Assembly: GCA_002633005.1 (NCBI GenBank)
Contig: NMRA01000044.1
Location: forward strand, 1,241,904 to 1,305,903
Reading direction: 5' to 3'
Source: Phoronis australis
Taxonomy: Eukaryota; Animalia; Phoronida
Length of the DNA: 64,000 nt
The notes under the pieces were generated by a model that saw nothing but the letters and a program-made list of their open reading frames with translations, made no database searches and was not told the origin of the DNA. The translations under genes and the position numbers were made by a program. Shown here in pieces: positions 1-14,271 of the stretch. How positions within the stretch are numbered: position 1 is the stretch's first letter; each line of letters opens with the position of its first letter.

Positions 1-871
1 AACAGATGTCACTCATAATCCAATGTCATCTACGCATTTCCATCTAAGTGGATATCAAATCATCGATTAAGCGACCGTAAACAGGGAACAGGTGGTTTTG
101 AATTAATGATGACGCATGGGTATATGGTGAAAACAAAAAAAAATCTAAAAAAAACCTGCCTTCCTGGAAAGGCCTAATAATGATACATTTAGTCTCTCCA
201 AAAAGTTTAAGCTTTGCGTCCTTTTAAACTTGTACAACAACTTAAACGAGCAAGTGTTCCAATATCAACAAAAGTTATAAGGTCTTCCAAGTCTCATTTA
301 AGTAATACATCTATTAATTTCAGAAATAGTCACATGTGTAAACCAGACTTACCATCAAAAAGGTCGCGAATCCTCTTATAAAACAAGCCGCTGTGTTAAC
401 AGTGAATTGTTTCTCTTATCAAATAACACGCTCCATGCAGTTTAACCAATGATACCTTAAGGTACTACGCACCGCTAATTTGATAAAGCCAAAGTCGTAA
501 AAATCAATGAACTTAAGTTCACTGAAAATACTAACACACGGTATTAAAATTGAACAAATGATTTCACTTTAAAAACACGGATCAAAGCTAACGCTGCATG
601 TGAGCACGAAACCTGTCAGGCGTACACACACGTAAATAAATATATACAGACACAAACGGGCAGAAAGTTCGTAGAACAGAATTTGGGTTAAACGTTGTAC
701 ATTAACTTACGTTTCCTCTTCTGGTTGTAATGATCAATGAAGCAAGACAGTGCGTGAACTTCTCACGATGAAGTAGATCGATTCACGTAGTTCGTTGGCG
801 ATATTTACCAACGATTTTGTATTTTCGACAACAATGCTGGCGGGTCGAGTTCAATGCTCTAATTGAAAATA

Positions 872-1116
872 CATGGGCGCACCCACGGGGCGGGGGTCGG
901 GGGGCTCGAACGAGCCCCCAATTTGGCGAATTGGGCAAAAAGGTCCGCCTCAATGAAACAAAAAGTCCGAGCAAAGAAGACAAAAGTCCGCAACATCGAT
1001 GCACAATTCGTAGGTCTGGCCCCGTTTTTTTTTAGTCCTCGTCGATATTTTTCCGTAGAAGGTCCGCGTACCGAAAAATACGAGCTCCTCACTATTTCAG
1101 GCCGAGTGTGCGCATG
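872..1116. mobile_element. Non-autonomous DNA transposon (MITE), CATG(G/C)GCGCAC TIR family
   Basis: Ends catgggcgcaccc ... gtgtgcgcatg are imperfect inverted repeats. The internal sequence (ccccaatttggcgaattgggcaaaaag...aaaagtccga) recurs at 32547-32813. Confidence 0.7.
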
Positions 1117-1386
1117 AAATATACAGTGATATCTCGTTGAATCTCTCGAGATACCGTTTTTCTAGAGAGACACTAGCGATACTGAACTCTAACCTATCGA
1201 GATGGCGTCAGTTTTTAATTCTGTTGAGTGTTTCATTGAACGAGACGGTTAAATGAAACTAATTTGCATACGGTGTGGGATCAAGAGTTATGCCTAAACG
1301 ACATCTGGAAGTGGATTGTCTGTTGTGAATTTTGAAGTTGTATCTGCGAGCTCTTGCGAAGGTCATGTGAATAGCATATAATCCAG

Positions 1387-1638
1387 GGGTTCGTTCCAAG
1401 AAACTGACTTAAGTTTATTTTTTACTTTTGTCTAAAACTTGACTCAATTTCCAAACTGTGAAACTTCCACATCAGGCAAGTTAGTCAAAATTAATAGAAG
1501 CCAAAATTTATACTAAAAAGCTTAAGTCAAACGTAAAGTCTCTTTCTTAAACGGATTTGAGACAAATTTAAGTTTTATCTTAAAATTGACTGAAAATTAA
1601 GATTTGTCTTAGCTAAATTAGTTTTCTTGGAACAGGCC
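1387..1638. mobile_element. MITE, PIF/Harbinger-like, with CAG target duplication
   Basis: TIRs gggttcgttccaagaaact / agttttcttggaacaggcc, each flanked by cag. AT-rich interior with repeated cttaag-like motifs. Confidence 0.6.
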
Positions 1639-2411
1639 CAGGTACAAATTCATTATAAAACTTTTGATTTGCAAAACTTTCAAGACCTAGCAACTGTGGG
1701 GACAAATGACTTCTGACAGGGTGCATGGGGCTTTAAAAGAATTCGCCCTCCTGGCGGTAAGAAACGAGGCTAACTAGACAATTAAAGGTAAGAAGTACGT
1801 TAGTGTCCTCTCCACCCTTCCGGCCACCATAGAAAAAGGTGTCAGATTGTGATTTGTTTATTAAACAACACACTTGTTGCATTATTAAAAAGTCAAACAT
1901 TGAAAATTACAAATAGAAATTGAAACCCTAAAAAATGGGGTCTTTAAAAGTTCACGAAGTCAACCTAACGAGATTCAGTTGGAAATACATGAACGATGCT
2001 ATTGTGGAGGTCAAATTCTTTTCGCACCTGACTAGATGAACAATCAAAGTGATCATTTTACTGCGACTTGATCAGCATGTCCCAAACGCTGCAGTGAGAG
2101 GAAAGCTTGGTAGAGTGACAAGTGAATTACATCTATTTCTAGGAATGCTATGCCCCGAACGTCTAACGATTGTTATTTGCGCATAGTTATGGAGTTGTTA
2201 GGGAGCAATACGGTGTAGGCAATGCCGCCTCAGTTATAAGTAAATTTTAACACAAACGTTGTGATCTTCATATCTAGATTTGCAAAACAGTATATTATCT
2301 CAATCATTAAGGGTATATAAAATTGTTTAAAGTAATCTTGTTCAAAAATCCATATCATGTTCAGAAAAAAGCTCACTCAGAGTAGACTTCGCAAGGTATA
2401 CGGCGCATTAT

Positions 2412-2563
2412 CAGTGACGGATGTAGGGGGCGGGGGGCCAAGGGGGCCATGCCCCCCTAAAATTCTTCCATACTCCATTTGGAAGTTCCGGGGTGCGTAT
2501 GTCTGACGGGCAAAATCCTGGCTAATACTCTGCCCCCTAACTCAAAATCCTGGATCCGCCCCT
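2412..2563 (+). mobile_element. MITE, CAGTGGCGGATC...GGATCCGCCCCTG family
   Basis: TIRs cagtgacggatg / ggatccgcccctg. Related copies at 20543-20794 (reverse), 23654-23810 and partially at 36060-36291. Confidence 0.7.
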
Positions 2564-2583
2564 GATTACTTATTCATAGATAA

Positions 2584-2927
2584 AAGGATACTAAACCCTG
2601 TTTTGATGATTTCCACCAATCCTCGTTCAATTACCTGCTAATGCATCATTGGTGTCAATCTTGCAAGGAATCAACTAAAAACTCGTATTCCCTATGTCAA
2701 ATATTGAGGGGTATTATGGTCCTTAGTTGGTGGTCTTTTCACAGTGATGTGTAGGTCACGCTTGCCCGTTTAGCACACCGACTTTGAAAGAAGTTTTCAG
2801 ATTTTCCTCCAGATTCAGGGTTTGTCAACTGTTACTGAGCATTATTTTGTTTCAAAGACGTGGATGGGAAAGTCGTTTAGTATCTATAAATAGGACAAAA
2901 GTGGACAACAGAGGGTTTAGTATCTTT
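2584..2927. mobile_element. MITE with AAGGATACTAAACCCT TIRs, Kolobok-like (TTAA-type flank)
   Basis: aaaggatactaaaccct at 2583 and agggtttagtatctttt at 2912-2928, followed by ttaa. Confidence 0.55.
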
Positions 2928-5900
2928 TTAAGGGAACGTTAAGTGGTCTTCGGACTATTGAGAGGGGATGTTATGTTCCTGCTGAATTACGTTTGTGGAA
3001 AGGTGGAATTAGAAATTTATTTTCTCGAATGTAATCTATATTCAGATTTACTTGTGCAACTTTCACCTAAATTTGATAAGGTGGACGAAATAGTATTCAG
3101 GAATTCACGTTACTCAATCCCTAGAAGATTGTAAAACATTAATGCTAAGATATGAGATCTTTAAAATTAATTTTGGCTTAGATATTTAGTAGTCTCTCTA
3201 TATATTATGCTGTATCTGTTTGTAATGTGGGCCGGAGGCCTGTTACATGAAATAAAGTCAATCATATTATCTTGTATCGTGTCAAATTAGCTATTATAAT
3301 AGTGGTTGCGTTTTGTACAAAATAGTTGTAAAGCGACCACTCTTAAGTGCTTTTGAGGTATTTTTTATCTTTAATAAGATGATTTGCGTCTCACATTTCT
3401 ATACAGTGTACTGTACAATCAGTAATGGGCACAAATCAATCAGACCCCTTGTACTGATAATGGCAAATCATTAGAACATATCGAGAACATAATATACGTA
3501 AATGATCAAAGAGACTCAGATATTGCCAACTCGTGTTATTCAATCCACTTAGGCCACACCTTGCCGGGTGAAATCGACCCACACTGAGAATCCTCAGTGG
3601 GAGGTAACAGACATTTTATTCACGAATACAAATAAAACATTACAACCGTTACTGCCCGTTGCGAGTGCGTCTGGGCTCTTTTGCGTTGACACAAGAATTC
3701 CGTGACAAATGCTAAGGGTGTGCTGGTAATACTTAACGATATCTCGCGCAGTCTTTCGTAATCTTGCGTTTTCGAGAGGTTCCCTCGTCTGCGGATCGCG
3801 CACTAGGACACATTTTGTCATAGGAATATCCGATCCTCGTAGATGATTGGTCCTTACGCCTTGGTCAGATATCGGGAGATGCAAGGTTGATCCTGCCTAC
3901 TGAGTTTCATCCTGAAGACTAGAAGAATCGGGCGATTTTTATCAGATCTGTAGTAGAATTTGGTGGTTTTTGATCCCGACACCTGAGCGGCGCTTATCAC
4001 TATGATCTCCCAATAATCGCCTGATTGCAGGCAGATATGACCATTTTATTTCCGCAAACTCATCGAATCCGCGTCGGAAGTTTTACGAGATTCCTAACCC
4101 TTTAGTATCACGACATACTAGGCTCGATTCATTTTGAAACGTTACAAAATGGAGTTCACCATACAACTTCAACCGGTTGAATGAAAGTCCCAATTGACTC
4201 AACTAAGTTCCTTAAAATCATCCGCACACGTGTATTATCGTTTGCTCACAAATGTTATACGGTGTTCTATTATTATATCTTTATTATGAACCTCTCTTTG
4301 ACTAACGACAATTTGAAAACTGACATTAGAAAGGGTAATCAGTATTTGCACAAATGTGGTGAAAATATTAATAGAATCTAATGGAAATTTTAAAGAACCA
4401 TTTTTCCTTAGTTTAAATTCTTAAATGAAGTACTTTGGGGTTTAAAAACATTACCATGCTTAACCAATCTTAGAGTGTTGCCGAATGAGTCGGCAGCTCA
4501 AGTCTCAGCCAATGTGTATACAAGTGACGTCTACGAATTCACAATTTTAGGGTTGTTTTTTGAATCGTTGATGGTTTCTATGTTCCTTTTGTTAATTGAA
4601 ATCAAGACTAGTTCTATCACGGCCAAGGAATATTATGATATCGGTTATGATCTTAATTGGCTTATTTCATTTTAAGCAGCAAGCGGAACTGGAGGTTTTA
4701 GTTTAGTTTTTGAATGGCCATCACGCGACACCAACTGCTTTACACAGATATAGATCCAAGTAATCTAGTTGCTATTAAAAACCTTTAGTACACAAAACTG
4801 AATTCGATGCCTCTTGGACCGTGGTATTGGGCTTTCAGTGGATACCTTAAACTTCCTGTTACATCGCAGTTGTTACTTGTTAAACCAAGTTATGCGCCCA
4901 CATCTTGAGGGATATTGGAAGGTCAAGGCCTATTTAACACCAGGCTACCGGCATGTAAAGATGCTGTGACGCAGTGTTAAATCGATATTAAATTTCTGTA
5001 CCTCTTTGGTTTCAAATGTTAACAGGTGCATTCTGGGCTGTCTTCACGCATAAATTTGGCGTGCTCCATCAGCATTTCCCACTTACTGTGTTAATATGGA
5101 AACGATAAAATAAGCTAACTAATCCTGAAAAACTGGATTCAATGACTTTCCTTGCCAGATAGCAATTGAGAAGGCACCTGCGAATAAAACGGCTCAATTA
5201 TGGAATTATAATTTCTGTCTCCAAAGTTGGACCTATGAGCCCGTGTTGGAAAAAATTGCAAGTAATATGAACCTGTTTCTAAAAATCCCCCGTGCAGTGT
5301 CTTTTTTTAGCAGGCACTGCGCAAGCTTCACCAGAGACTATCGTTGACTTTACGCACGGCTAAAAATACAGGTGAGGAATGCTAGATGTAGTTTGAATAT
5401 ATAACTAGAAGGCTTTCCTAGCATCTGACTCCGAAAAACAACCGTTCTTTTTGAAATATGAAACATTTCATTATTAATTTTTGTTTTAACTGGGTTATGT
5501 GTATGTTTTCATTGTGTATTTTCTAAATACAGCATCACGTTCCCACATTTGACTATGATGCAGTTTTATGTCACGCAACATTTGAACGCTTCCAATGGCA
5601 GTCACCAGGTGGCATGACTGGCTCGACCACCAGTTAACCTCGTTCCGGCCTCCAGCGCGCAGTCGAAAACACAGTTAAGATTCTGAAGGTCACGTGAGTT
5701 GACTAGCCTGATAGATTTCCTTATTTTCACATACCTTTATTTGTTATTTTGTTATTATACCGTACGTGATGTATTATTTCAGGTAAAGTGTACAGGCTGA
5801 TAAAGTTTGCATCAGTTCTTCAAGTGCATTTCCTACGAGCTACAACTAGAGCAGTTTACGCGGGATGTGAGCTTATAAAAGTGTTCCCTTTGCCGGGCGG

Positions 5901-8900
5901 GTATCAGCGCGGAATTATGGACATCTCAAACATTATTCACAAAAATTGGCCAAATTTACAATGTTCCGCAGATGTCTAGCAAAATACCTTATCTTCATTC
6001 TAGGTAACTTCAAATACGAAATATATTACGTGCAGCGAAAAAAGATTTAGAAGAAAAACCTTATAACCCCACAAAGGCGTGGAAATTTGTTAACTACTTT
6101 TCCGAGGTCAAAGGTTACGGGGCTGTCACTCAAAACGAATCTCTCGTCAGGCACAGACCAGCTCGGTTTGCCGTATCCTCAGTCCTTTAATTCACCGAGT
6201 CGCCATAATATTGCTTCAAAGACGCGTACATATGATAGAAAGATACCAGGGTAAAATGAAGACAAAACCTAGATTTGACCCTGAAGGAGTTGTGTGTCTG
6301 CATGTATACGACCGTTGAGAACGAATGCTATACGAGTAGCCTCACGCCTCAAGTTGGGAAAAGAGATAAGTCCTCTCCCAAATTCCTTAATTTGGGTAAT
6401 TTGACATTTCGCTGTTTTGATCTCGTGGTCACGAAGTGCTTTAACCACTGACTCGATTTCTGTACCCATTCCGAACTTGGGTTTCATATCAGTTTCCCAG
6501 CGTGTGCTGACCTACTTTAAAATGGACCACAATGCATCGGCTTGACCCACTTAATATGTTGGCTCCGCCCGTGACCTAGTCCGCCAGTGACCTAGTTGGA
6601 ATCGACTTGGCTGATTAAACGTTTTATGATAATTATGTACGGAAAATTCAGATGACATAGCGCGTGAATGATGAAATAATGAACGTGGCTAAGGGGTGTA
6701 TAGGTTATATTAACCGAAAACAATTTTCACCAAATAATTAACCAAAAATCTTGAGACTCTCGCGACTTAATCGACTTTTTCTCGGCTTCGGCAAATCGAC
6801 TTAATTTGAACTTAGAAACACGAGTTCTCGAAAACGGCTCGGTGGATTTCGCTGAAACTTTCCAAACTATTCATCAATCTCAAAAACGATCTTAGGATTT
6901 TCGATATATGCCTAGTTTTTGCGTAATGTAACAAAAGACGAATACCACTGCTATTTTTTATAAAAATACCTTACCTTTTGCGAGTTGATTCGTCTTAAAA
7001 ACCAAATGAAAAGACACCGTTTTTGAGGTAACTGGTGATTTTTCATTTTAAAAAGTTTTCATTACAATCGACAGGGTGTTAAAGTAAGATAATAGTACAT
7101 AAATATGAAAAACTGGGTAATAAATAGACTATTATTGTGATGAGACGACTAACTGTGCCCATTTTGTTGTTGGGGGAGGTCAGCTAAGTTAATTGACGCC
7201 ATTTTACGACAAATCATGTCCCAGAAGAGATCGGATCCTTCTGGTCTCTGCTATAGGGACTAGTTTATCACAAGTCAGTTCACCACTGAAAGACTGCCAA
7301 GAACATGTCGTGAAAATTGACGACATTCCGTGAAAAGTAGTTCAGCAAGCAACCGACTGATAGAGAATGGCCAATTTAAAAGTAACTACATAAAGCAGCA
7401 GAAATGAAGCCCAGTTACCAAAAGCATTAATGCCCAATTGGCATTGATTTTTGGTACCTGACATTATAAGCATACTTTTTTCGTCTGAAAGAAAGACAAC
7501 TCTGAGAGGATAGCAACTAGACAATACACGCCCGTGTTGGCTTACGAAGTAAATGCATCCACTGGACATGAGTTTGGGGCTTTATCCATCCTATTCAAGA
7601 TTGCAGTCTCCCGTGGGAGGCTTTAATTACTATTATAGCTCCATACAAAGCCCAGGTAAGGCACAACAGTATACATACCCCTTTTACTGAAACAATGTTA
7701 CCAAACTAGCACGTTTTCAATTATGCACGACCGCTCTGTAGAAATGTGTTTATTTAGCTTATGTTGATATTTGATTTTGCTGAAGGCAGATTTCTAAATA
7801 CCTGTTACGGTATTTTTAACCTCGGTGAAATTGACAATGAAAACTTTGACAAGTAAAGTTCATATTTATATAGTTTCACCTCAGTGATATGACCTACAGT
7901 CAACATGACTTTAATTCCGTTCCTCTAAATATTTCATGAGCAGAGTGGACGCTAGCCCCGGAGTTCCATTGGGTTTGTGGTGGCAGACCAAAAATGATTC
8001 TCGCAAGTTCTACTTAACCAAACTCTGGCTGCGTTCCCGTAACTCAGGACATTTGCTAGAAAAGTCGCTTGATCACGTGTATGCCTCGAAGACTTGAGAA
8101 ATTTTGTATCTTCGAGATTGTTTTGCATCTTCGGAAAGCACGCTTTCTAATTGTTTTCAATGGCGCTGTCACAGAGAGTACGGATCGCTGGCACTGTCGT
8201 GCACGTGCGCATGGAAGGTCCGTCTTCTGTTTTTTACTGTTACATATAACTTTTGATTGATGGTACCATTATAACACTGCCGACACAACGATATTAACGA
8301 TGTAAGCATGACTTCGATCACAATGCAAAACAGGCTTAATGTCATTTGAAATTTCGAGGTCAAATCTCAAAAGGTAGCAAAAATTAGTTTTATTCTGCTT
8401 TCAAGTACCAGGATGTAAAAAGTTCAATGACGGTGAACAGCAAAAACAAATAAGGTTGTAAACAAGGAAACATAATCTATACGCGCTAAAACAAAGAGCA
8501 ACAATCCGATCTTCTTAAATCAACTTAACGTTATCTCCCTTGTGACTTCAACAAAAGTAGTCACGCTAATGCGCCTAATTACGGAACATACCATAATTGT
8601 TGATCGAAACACAGTCTGTTTGATCATTCATTTTACGATTACTCCATGAATATGCAAATCCCTCAATGCCCGAAGGCACAGTACTAGACTTCTACGACTG
8701 TAGGAAAGCCTTACACTTAATGGGAAAGACAACATAAGTTGGATCGCTTGTAAATTTCACTGGTATGTAAATGAATCAGTCAAACTCAGTAAGAGTAGAT
8801 TTAAACATTATGTACATGCAGGTCATAATTAAGCGCCAGTTTTGTTTTTCGTCGACACGTAGACGCATCTTGTGAAAACGGCAACAAAAAAGAAAAACAA

Positions 8901-9061
8901 CTCCAGAGCGGAAAATTTTGAAAAACAAATCTTTCGCTGTACTCGTTGGGTCGAAGAAAATGTAATTTATGGTCCCGACCAACAAAAAAATCGCGTCACA
9001 AGCTAAGTTTCCAGAGATAAAAAAGAGGCTTAGGTTGACTTCCAGTTTACCCGGCGGAATC

Positions 9062-9294
9062 AGATAGATAGATAGATAGATAGGTAGATAGGTAGGTAGG
9101 TAGGTAGGTAGGTAGGTAGGTAGGTAGGTAGGTAGATAGATAGGAGAGAGAGAGGGGGGAGGGAGNNNNNNNNNNNNNNNNNNNNNNNNNNNNNNNNNNN
9201 NNNNNNNNNNNNNNNNNNNNNNNNNNNNNNNNNNNNNNNNNNNNNNNNNNNNNNNNNNNNNNNNNNNNNNNNNNNGAGAGAGAGAGAGAGAGAG
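9062..9294. repeat. Compound microsatellite (GATA)n(GGTA)n(GA)n spanning an assembly gap
   Basis: Directly visible. N-run at 9166-9275. Confidence 0.95.
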
Positions 9295-11439
9295 CTACTT
9301 ACACTTGGTTTTTTAACATTTTGGGGAACTTTCCAGCCTCTTCAAAAATGCTGACGTCATACAATCAAGTTGAAGTCCTCTAAATAATCTTAGTCACCTT
9401 TTTGTAGTATTAGCGCTTTCATATGGATGAGAAAAACGATACGAAAGTGCTAGGTGTGGACGGAGCTGAAAACTGTTAGGTTTAGCATTATGTATTTAGA
9501 AAAAAATGTTATAATAATTAGTCTGCACAAATTAGTTTAGTTTCAAAAACGGAGAATGTGTAAATAAACAGTACGACAGACTGGAAAGGTAACTGCAGAA
9601 CATCTAAAATGCAACTTGACCAGAAAATCCAGCTTTTAGCAGAGATAAATGTCCTTACAAAGATTCTCCTCATTTGGATCACTAGACGTGTCACCAACCT
9701 GCACTGTGATAAAGTAAAGGAAAGATAAACATGGTCTTAATAATTTGGGAATGCTAAGTCAGTGATATATGTTTAAATAAGAAAGCGGTTATCATATCCA
9801 CACTACCATGAAAAAATAGACATTATTGTACAGTGAGAAATACACAGGTGTTCACATCAAAATCGGTTAAAAATCTCTTACAGTATGAACATAAAAATAA
9901 AGGCGACAAACATATTCGAGAAGTCAGTGAAAAACATCCACCTCATTTTAAAACTGCTTGTTACTTCGTTTTATGTTACAAACCTCCTTAGCAGCTTATA
10001 CATGCACTTACTTTTTAGTACCTGTGGCTACCTTCATGCTCCGGTTACGCATGCTGACGAAATGATACGTTTAAAGCAAAGATTGTAAAACATGCGTGTA
10101 GGATTTTCTACTTCATCGCTTCTCCGCCTCTCCGAACACACGACAAGTTTCTAAATTTAGCTACTCTGCAGACAAATCTAAACGTTACCAAACAAAACAG
10201 TGTGCGGTTACCTGGTGAGGTTTATACACAGAGTGCATGATGTTTATTAAAATACTTCGGGTAAGTTGATTAAATAAAACATTTTTTGATATACACGCAT
10301 ACGAGATTAACCACTTATCGTCATTTTTAAGTTACGTCTTTACCAAACACTTCTCTAAGTTTTCAGGCATCTCGTAATTGACTCTAAACGTAGCGTACAG
10401 TCACAAGTAATGCTGCTAATCGATTCCAATTGATCGAGATATTAGCAAAACCCCCACAGATAATAGATAATCTTTGACGTTAGGTCCACCGACACTAGAC
10501 ATATAAAATTCGCCCTACCTTATTTTCAAGATTCGTAGCAGTCTAACGCCACCATCGTGGAATAATATTACAACAAAATTTTCCTCAAATGCCAAAATAC
10601 GAAAAAACTAATGGTTTTATCGGTCAATTATTCTATTTTCTGGATCCGCAGACCGTGGCCGTACCATTTGGTATCCCAATAGACAAAAAAATACCTAAAA
10701 TTGTCCTTAGGCTGTCATTTTCCATAATTGTAATGGGTTTTACCAGATGGTAGTAAGTTAAGCAATTATACTTTTCTCAAACTCTTTTCAAAATACGTCG
10801 AGTGCCCTTAATGCGTCTGGTATGACAGTGACCATATGTTTTTGTAATTTGAAGGTTTTTCATTCAATTAAAAATGAAAAGAAGCAAAGGTATGAATTGG
10901 AGATGCAATAATGATATCGTTAAGCGGCAATAAACCCGCGTTCCGTCAAAGTATCTAACTTAAAGCCACTTGACGATGTAAAACTGGCCCCGGCTTCTTG
11001 CTTACTCTGAAGGGAGGTGATTTTTAGGTTTACAAAGAACTAACGGTTCGTTATTCCTCGAGACCATGTTCGGCGCATAAAATGAACCTCTGTGACGATC
11101 CAATATCGGAGTTGCAACCGCACCATATTGGAAAAGAATCAGAATGTTTCATCTTGGGTAAAGAGGTAACGTTCAGTAAATAAATATGTCAGCAAGCGAA
11201 CGGGAGAAGCGGTCACGGGAAAGTTAATATACGTATTGTGTGCCTGGCTCCTTTGATAACAGTGAACGAGATAAAAAAAGTTTAGTTATACTAACGAATT
11301 CCCGGAGATCAAGAAATTCATGAAAATTGGATAAAAACAATGGTATAGCTGAAAACAAAGGGCTGTTTAATGAATTCGCTCCTACCTTGCAGCATGAAGT
11401 AGGCAGCGCTCATGATTTTGGAAGATAAAAAATAGAGAA

Positions 11440-11574
11440 TCCTACACGAGTCTCAGGTTTATGATATAGGCAAAACCTCTTGGAAATTTTGTCAAAATCC
11501 CGAGGCTTGCTGAGGGATTTTGACAAAATTTTCAAGAGATTTGCCCATGTCATCAATCTGAGACGAGTGTAGGA
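11440..11574. repeat. Imperfect palindrome (~60-bp arms) around a CGAGGCTTGC(C/T)GAG core, probably part of a non-autonomous element
   Basis: tcctacacgagtctcag...tcttggaaattttgtcaaaatcc cgaggcttgctgag ggattttgacaaaattttcaaga...ctgagacgagtgtagga. Confidence 0.75.
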
Positions 11575-13727
11575 CTCATCTTCTCACATGAACCGTAAAA
11601 ACGATCTTTTTTGCTGAAAAACTCGACGTGTCTAAAACTTTCAACCACACGACGCAACTTTTGTAAAAACACGCTTGCGCAATGTTAAGTAATTCAGTTA
11701 CTTTTTGTTAATAGTTTTATTTTAAGTTTGACAATTCTAAATTGCATTCAGCTTTCGTAGCAAATATACAAGTTAGAATCTAATAAATAGTCTTTTAAGT
11801 TGTAATATTTAAACTTAAAAATTGTTTATAAATAAGTCAGCAAGGCTTCCTCGCGCGAGAGCACTGAATTGACAGTGAGACAGCACAGCTAGAGAATCTC
11901 GTCGCGTTTCTTGATTTGGGGCTCGTCTCCGTTTGAATGAACGTGGATATGGAATTTTTCCGCAGAAGATGGGTCCGTTTAAGAAATTGTTTGCATGTCC
12001 TTCCTACTGGGAGTAGGTACAGTAGCAACACCTGATTTGCAATCATAACCTTGTTACCTTCTCGGAATTCCGGCATTGTTTGATTGACGCGGGTTTGGTT
12101 GTTTTAGCGTTTTGCAGACTATAAAATGTAAGGCACATGGATTTCTACTTTGTGATTCGTCCATGTAATATCAAAAAATTACGTACTCGGTGTTATTAAC
12201 CAGTCGTGTCGTAACACATTCCAGGTCACGTGAGAAAACGTACCTTGGAGGCTGTCTTACAATATTTCCCCTAGAAGAAATAACAACAAGCTGGCACTCC
12301 ACGGTTGACAGAGGATTGTGAAAGAAAATGTTTCCGCTTGACCAAAACTCAGACGACCGGAGCATTCTCCACGTTGATTCTGCGTCTGGGACCAGGAAGT
12401 GGAAAGCAGAGTGGCTGCAGTGCTGGCCATCGAGAACAGCTACCGTTTACAGACTAGACTGCAGTGAAAGCAGATTGTAGGATATTGTTAAGAAAGGTAA
12501 CGAAATTATTGACAGTATGAGGTCAAGAATAAGTGAACTTGTGGAGGAGTTCTCAAAGGTCAAGGACGAGCTTTTTGTATGTAAACAAGAGTTATATCAC
12601 ACAACCAAACATTTGGTCAAGAAATGGGGAAGTGACAATGAAAGAAAGTATCATGTGATTAAGCTGGAGTTATGATGAACAACAAAATAAATTACAATTA
12701 GTTTAGAGGGAATAAACATGAAACAATAAATTTTACATCGAATTCAACTGGTTACGGTCATTTCGTTTATTATTTTGGTTATTAGCAAGTTCATGCCATA
12801 TCTTTGTATAGGTTATTTTTAAATATTGGATGTCATTTTGTCCCTCTTGTTCTTAAAACGTTGATGTTTTCATGTTATTTGATTGGAATAAATTACTAAC
12901 ATAAATTTAACATGTGCAATACATTGCTGAAGTCGGGGCAGATAGGGTCTTTCTGCGTAACAACGGACACTCATTCGATTTTATTTATGGCTTTACGCTC
13001 GTTTTTGTTGACGTACAACTTCGGGGTGATAAATTGGCACTTGGGAATTGAAGTTGTTGTACGAATGGCAAAATGCAAAATTTGAATAATTAAGGCATGT
13101 ATCACAGTTGCGGCATCATACTTCTGTGGGTAAGCAAGAAAGGGACACATATGTCCACGCACACATCTGTCCCAAACCGTACGACGGCTAATGTAAACCT
13201 ATCGCAATGACGTGGCAGATTACATTCGCGATTGCCCGAAATAATACTGTACATGCAGATGCACATTTTTACAATATATTTTCTAGGACTACATTGCTCC
13301 CAGATATTTATCATTCTCAGGCCATTCCTGTTTCCTCTATCAATCCCAGTAGGCTTTGCGCTGACTAATATCCGGACATGCGCATTCGCCTGCAACTTTG
13401 TAGAGCTATGTCTGAAGCGATATCGACGTCCCAGTTCTTTCGAAGTATTTCTGTCAGTAAGCGCCTTTATTTGAACGGTGGTCGCGGGTACACTTTGATT
13501 TACGGTGCAGCATATGCAGGGGTCAAAACTGTGTTGGCATGAACGCGAACAAAAATACTTAAAATTTAAAACGAGGCATTGCGTGTAGGGTCATAAATAG
13601 TTAATGTCGTATTAACTCGGCCATTACATGAAAAATTGATTCGTATGTTTCCGAAAGTCAAGTGTTACAGTGCCCTCAGTCATCTGATTTATCTACACAA
13701 AAACAGCGCTAGGGATGCGTCCCGTTG

Positions 13728-14271
13728 GGTTTCATGACATTAGTCCGAAGGTGTTCTAGTCCGAAGGTGCACTAGTTCGAAGGTGCGCACTAGTTCGAAG
13801 GCGCACTAGTTCGAAGGTGCGCACTAGTTCGAAGGCGTTAGGCGCACTGGTTCGAAAATATATGATATTTCGTACTCAGAAGTATTTCTCATATGTTTTA
13901 CATGCAAGAATACACAATACTCCTGTTGTTAGTCGCAGTGATGCAACCCTCCCTATCGAAAACAACCTCCAGTCGGGTACCAATTCACTTTGTTCGGGTT
14001 TCCCGCACGTGCGAAATCGAACTTCAAGGCATGCCTCGAGTGGTTACAGGCCGGAATGTTCTGAAAACCAGAGTATGATTCAGATGCAGTGCTGCACTTG
14101 CTACTGTGTATCAGAAAGTTTCGTAGAATGCCCACAAAAATGCATTTTAATGCTTTATGGCTCAGTTTCGCCTTATTATCGGACCTTCGGACGAGTGCAC
14201 CTTCGGACAAGTTCACCTTCGGACTAGTGCACCTTCGGACTAGTGCACCTTCGCACTAGTGAGCTGCTCCC
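13728..14271. mobile_element. Foldback-type non-autonomous MULE/Mutator-like element with 15-17-bp subterminal tandem repeats and 9-bp TSD
   Basis: Left array (actagttcgaaggtgc)n and right inverted array (gcaccttcggactagt)n. Flanks are gtcccgttg (13719-13727) and gtcctgttg (14272-14280). Confidence 0.75.

Noticed and set aside
783-1117. Four overlapping short ORFs
   Set aside because: They coincide with a GC-rich MITE, so open frames are expected by chance.
13740-14260. Short regularly spaced repeats resembling a CRISPR array
   Set aside because: No unique spacers, the arrays are inverted relative to each other and bracketed by a 9-bp TSD, and the context is eukaryotic.
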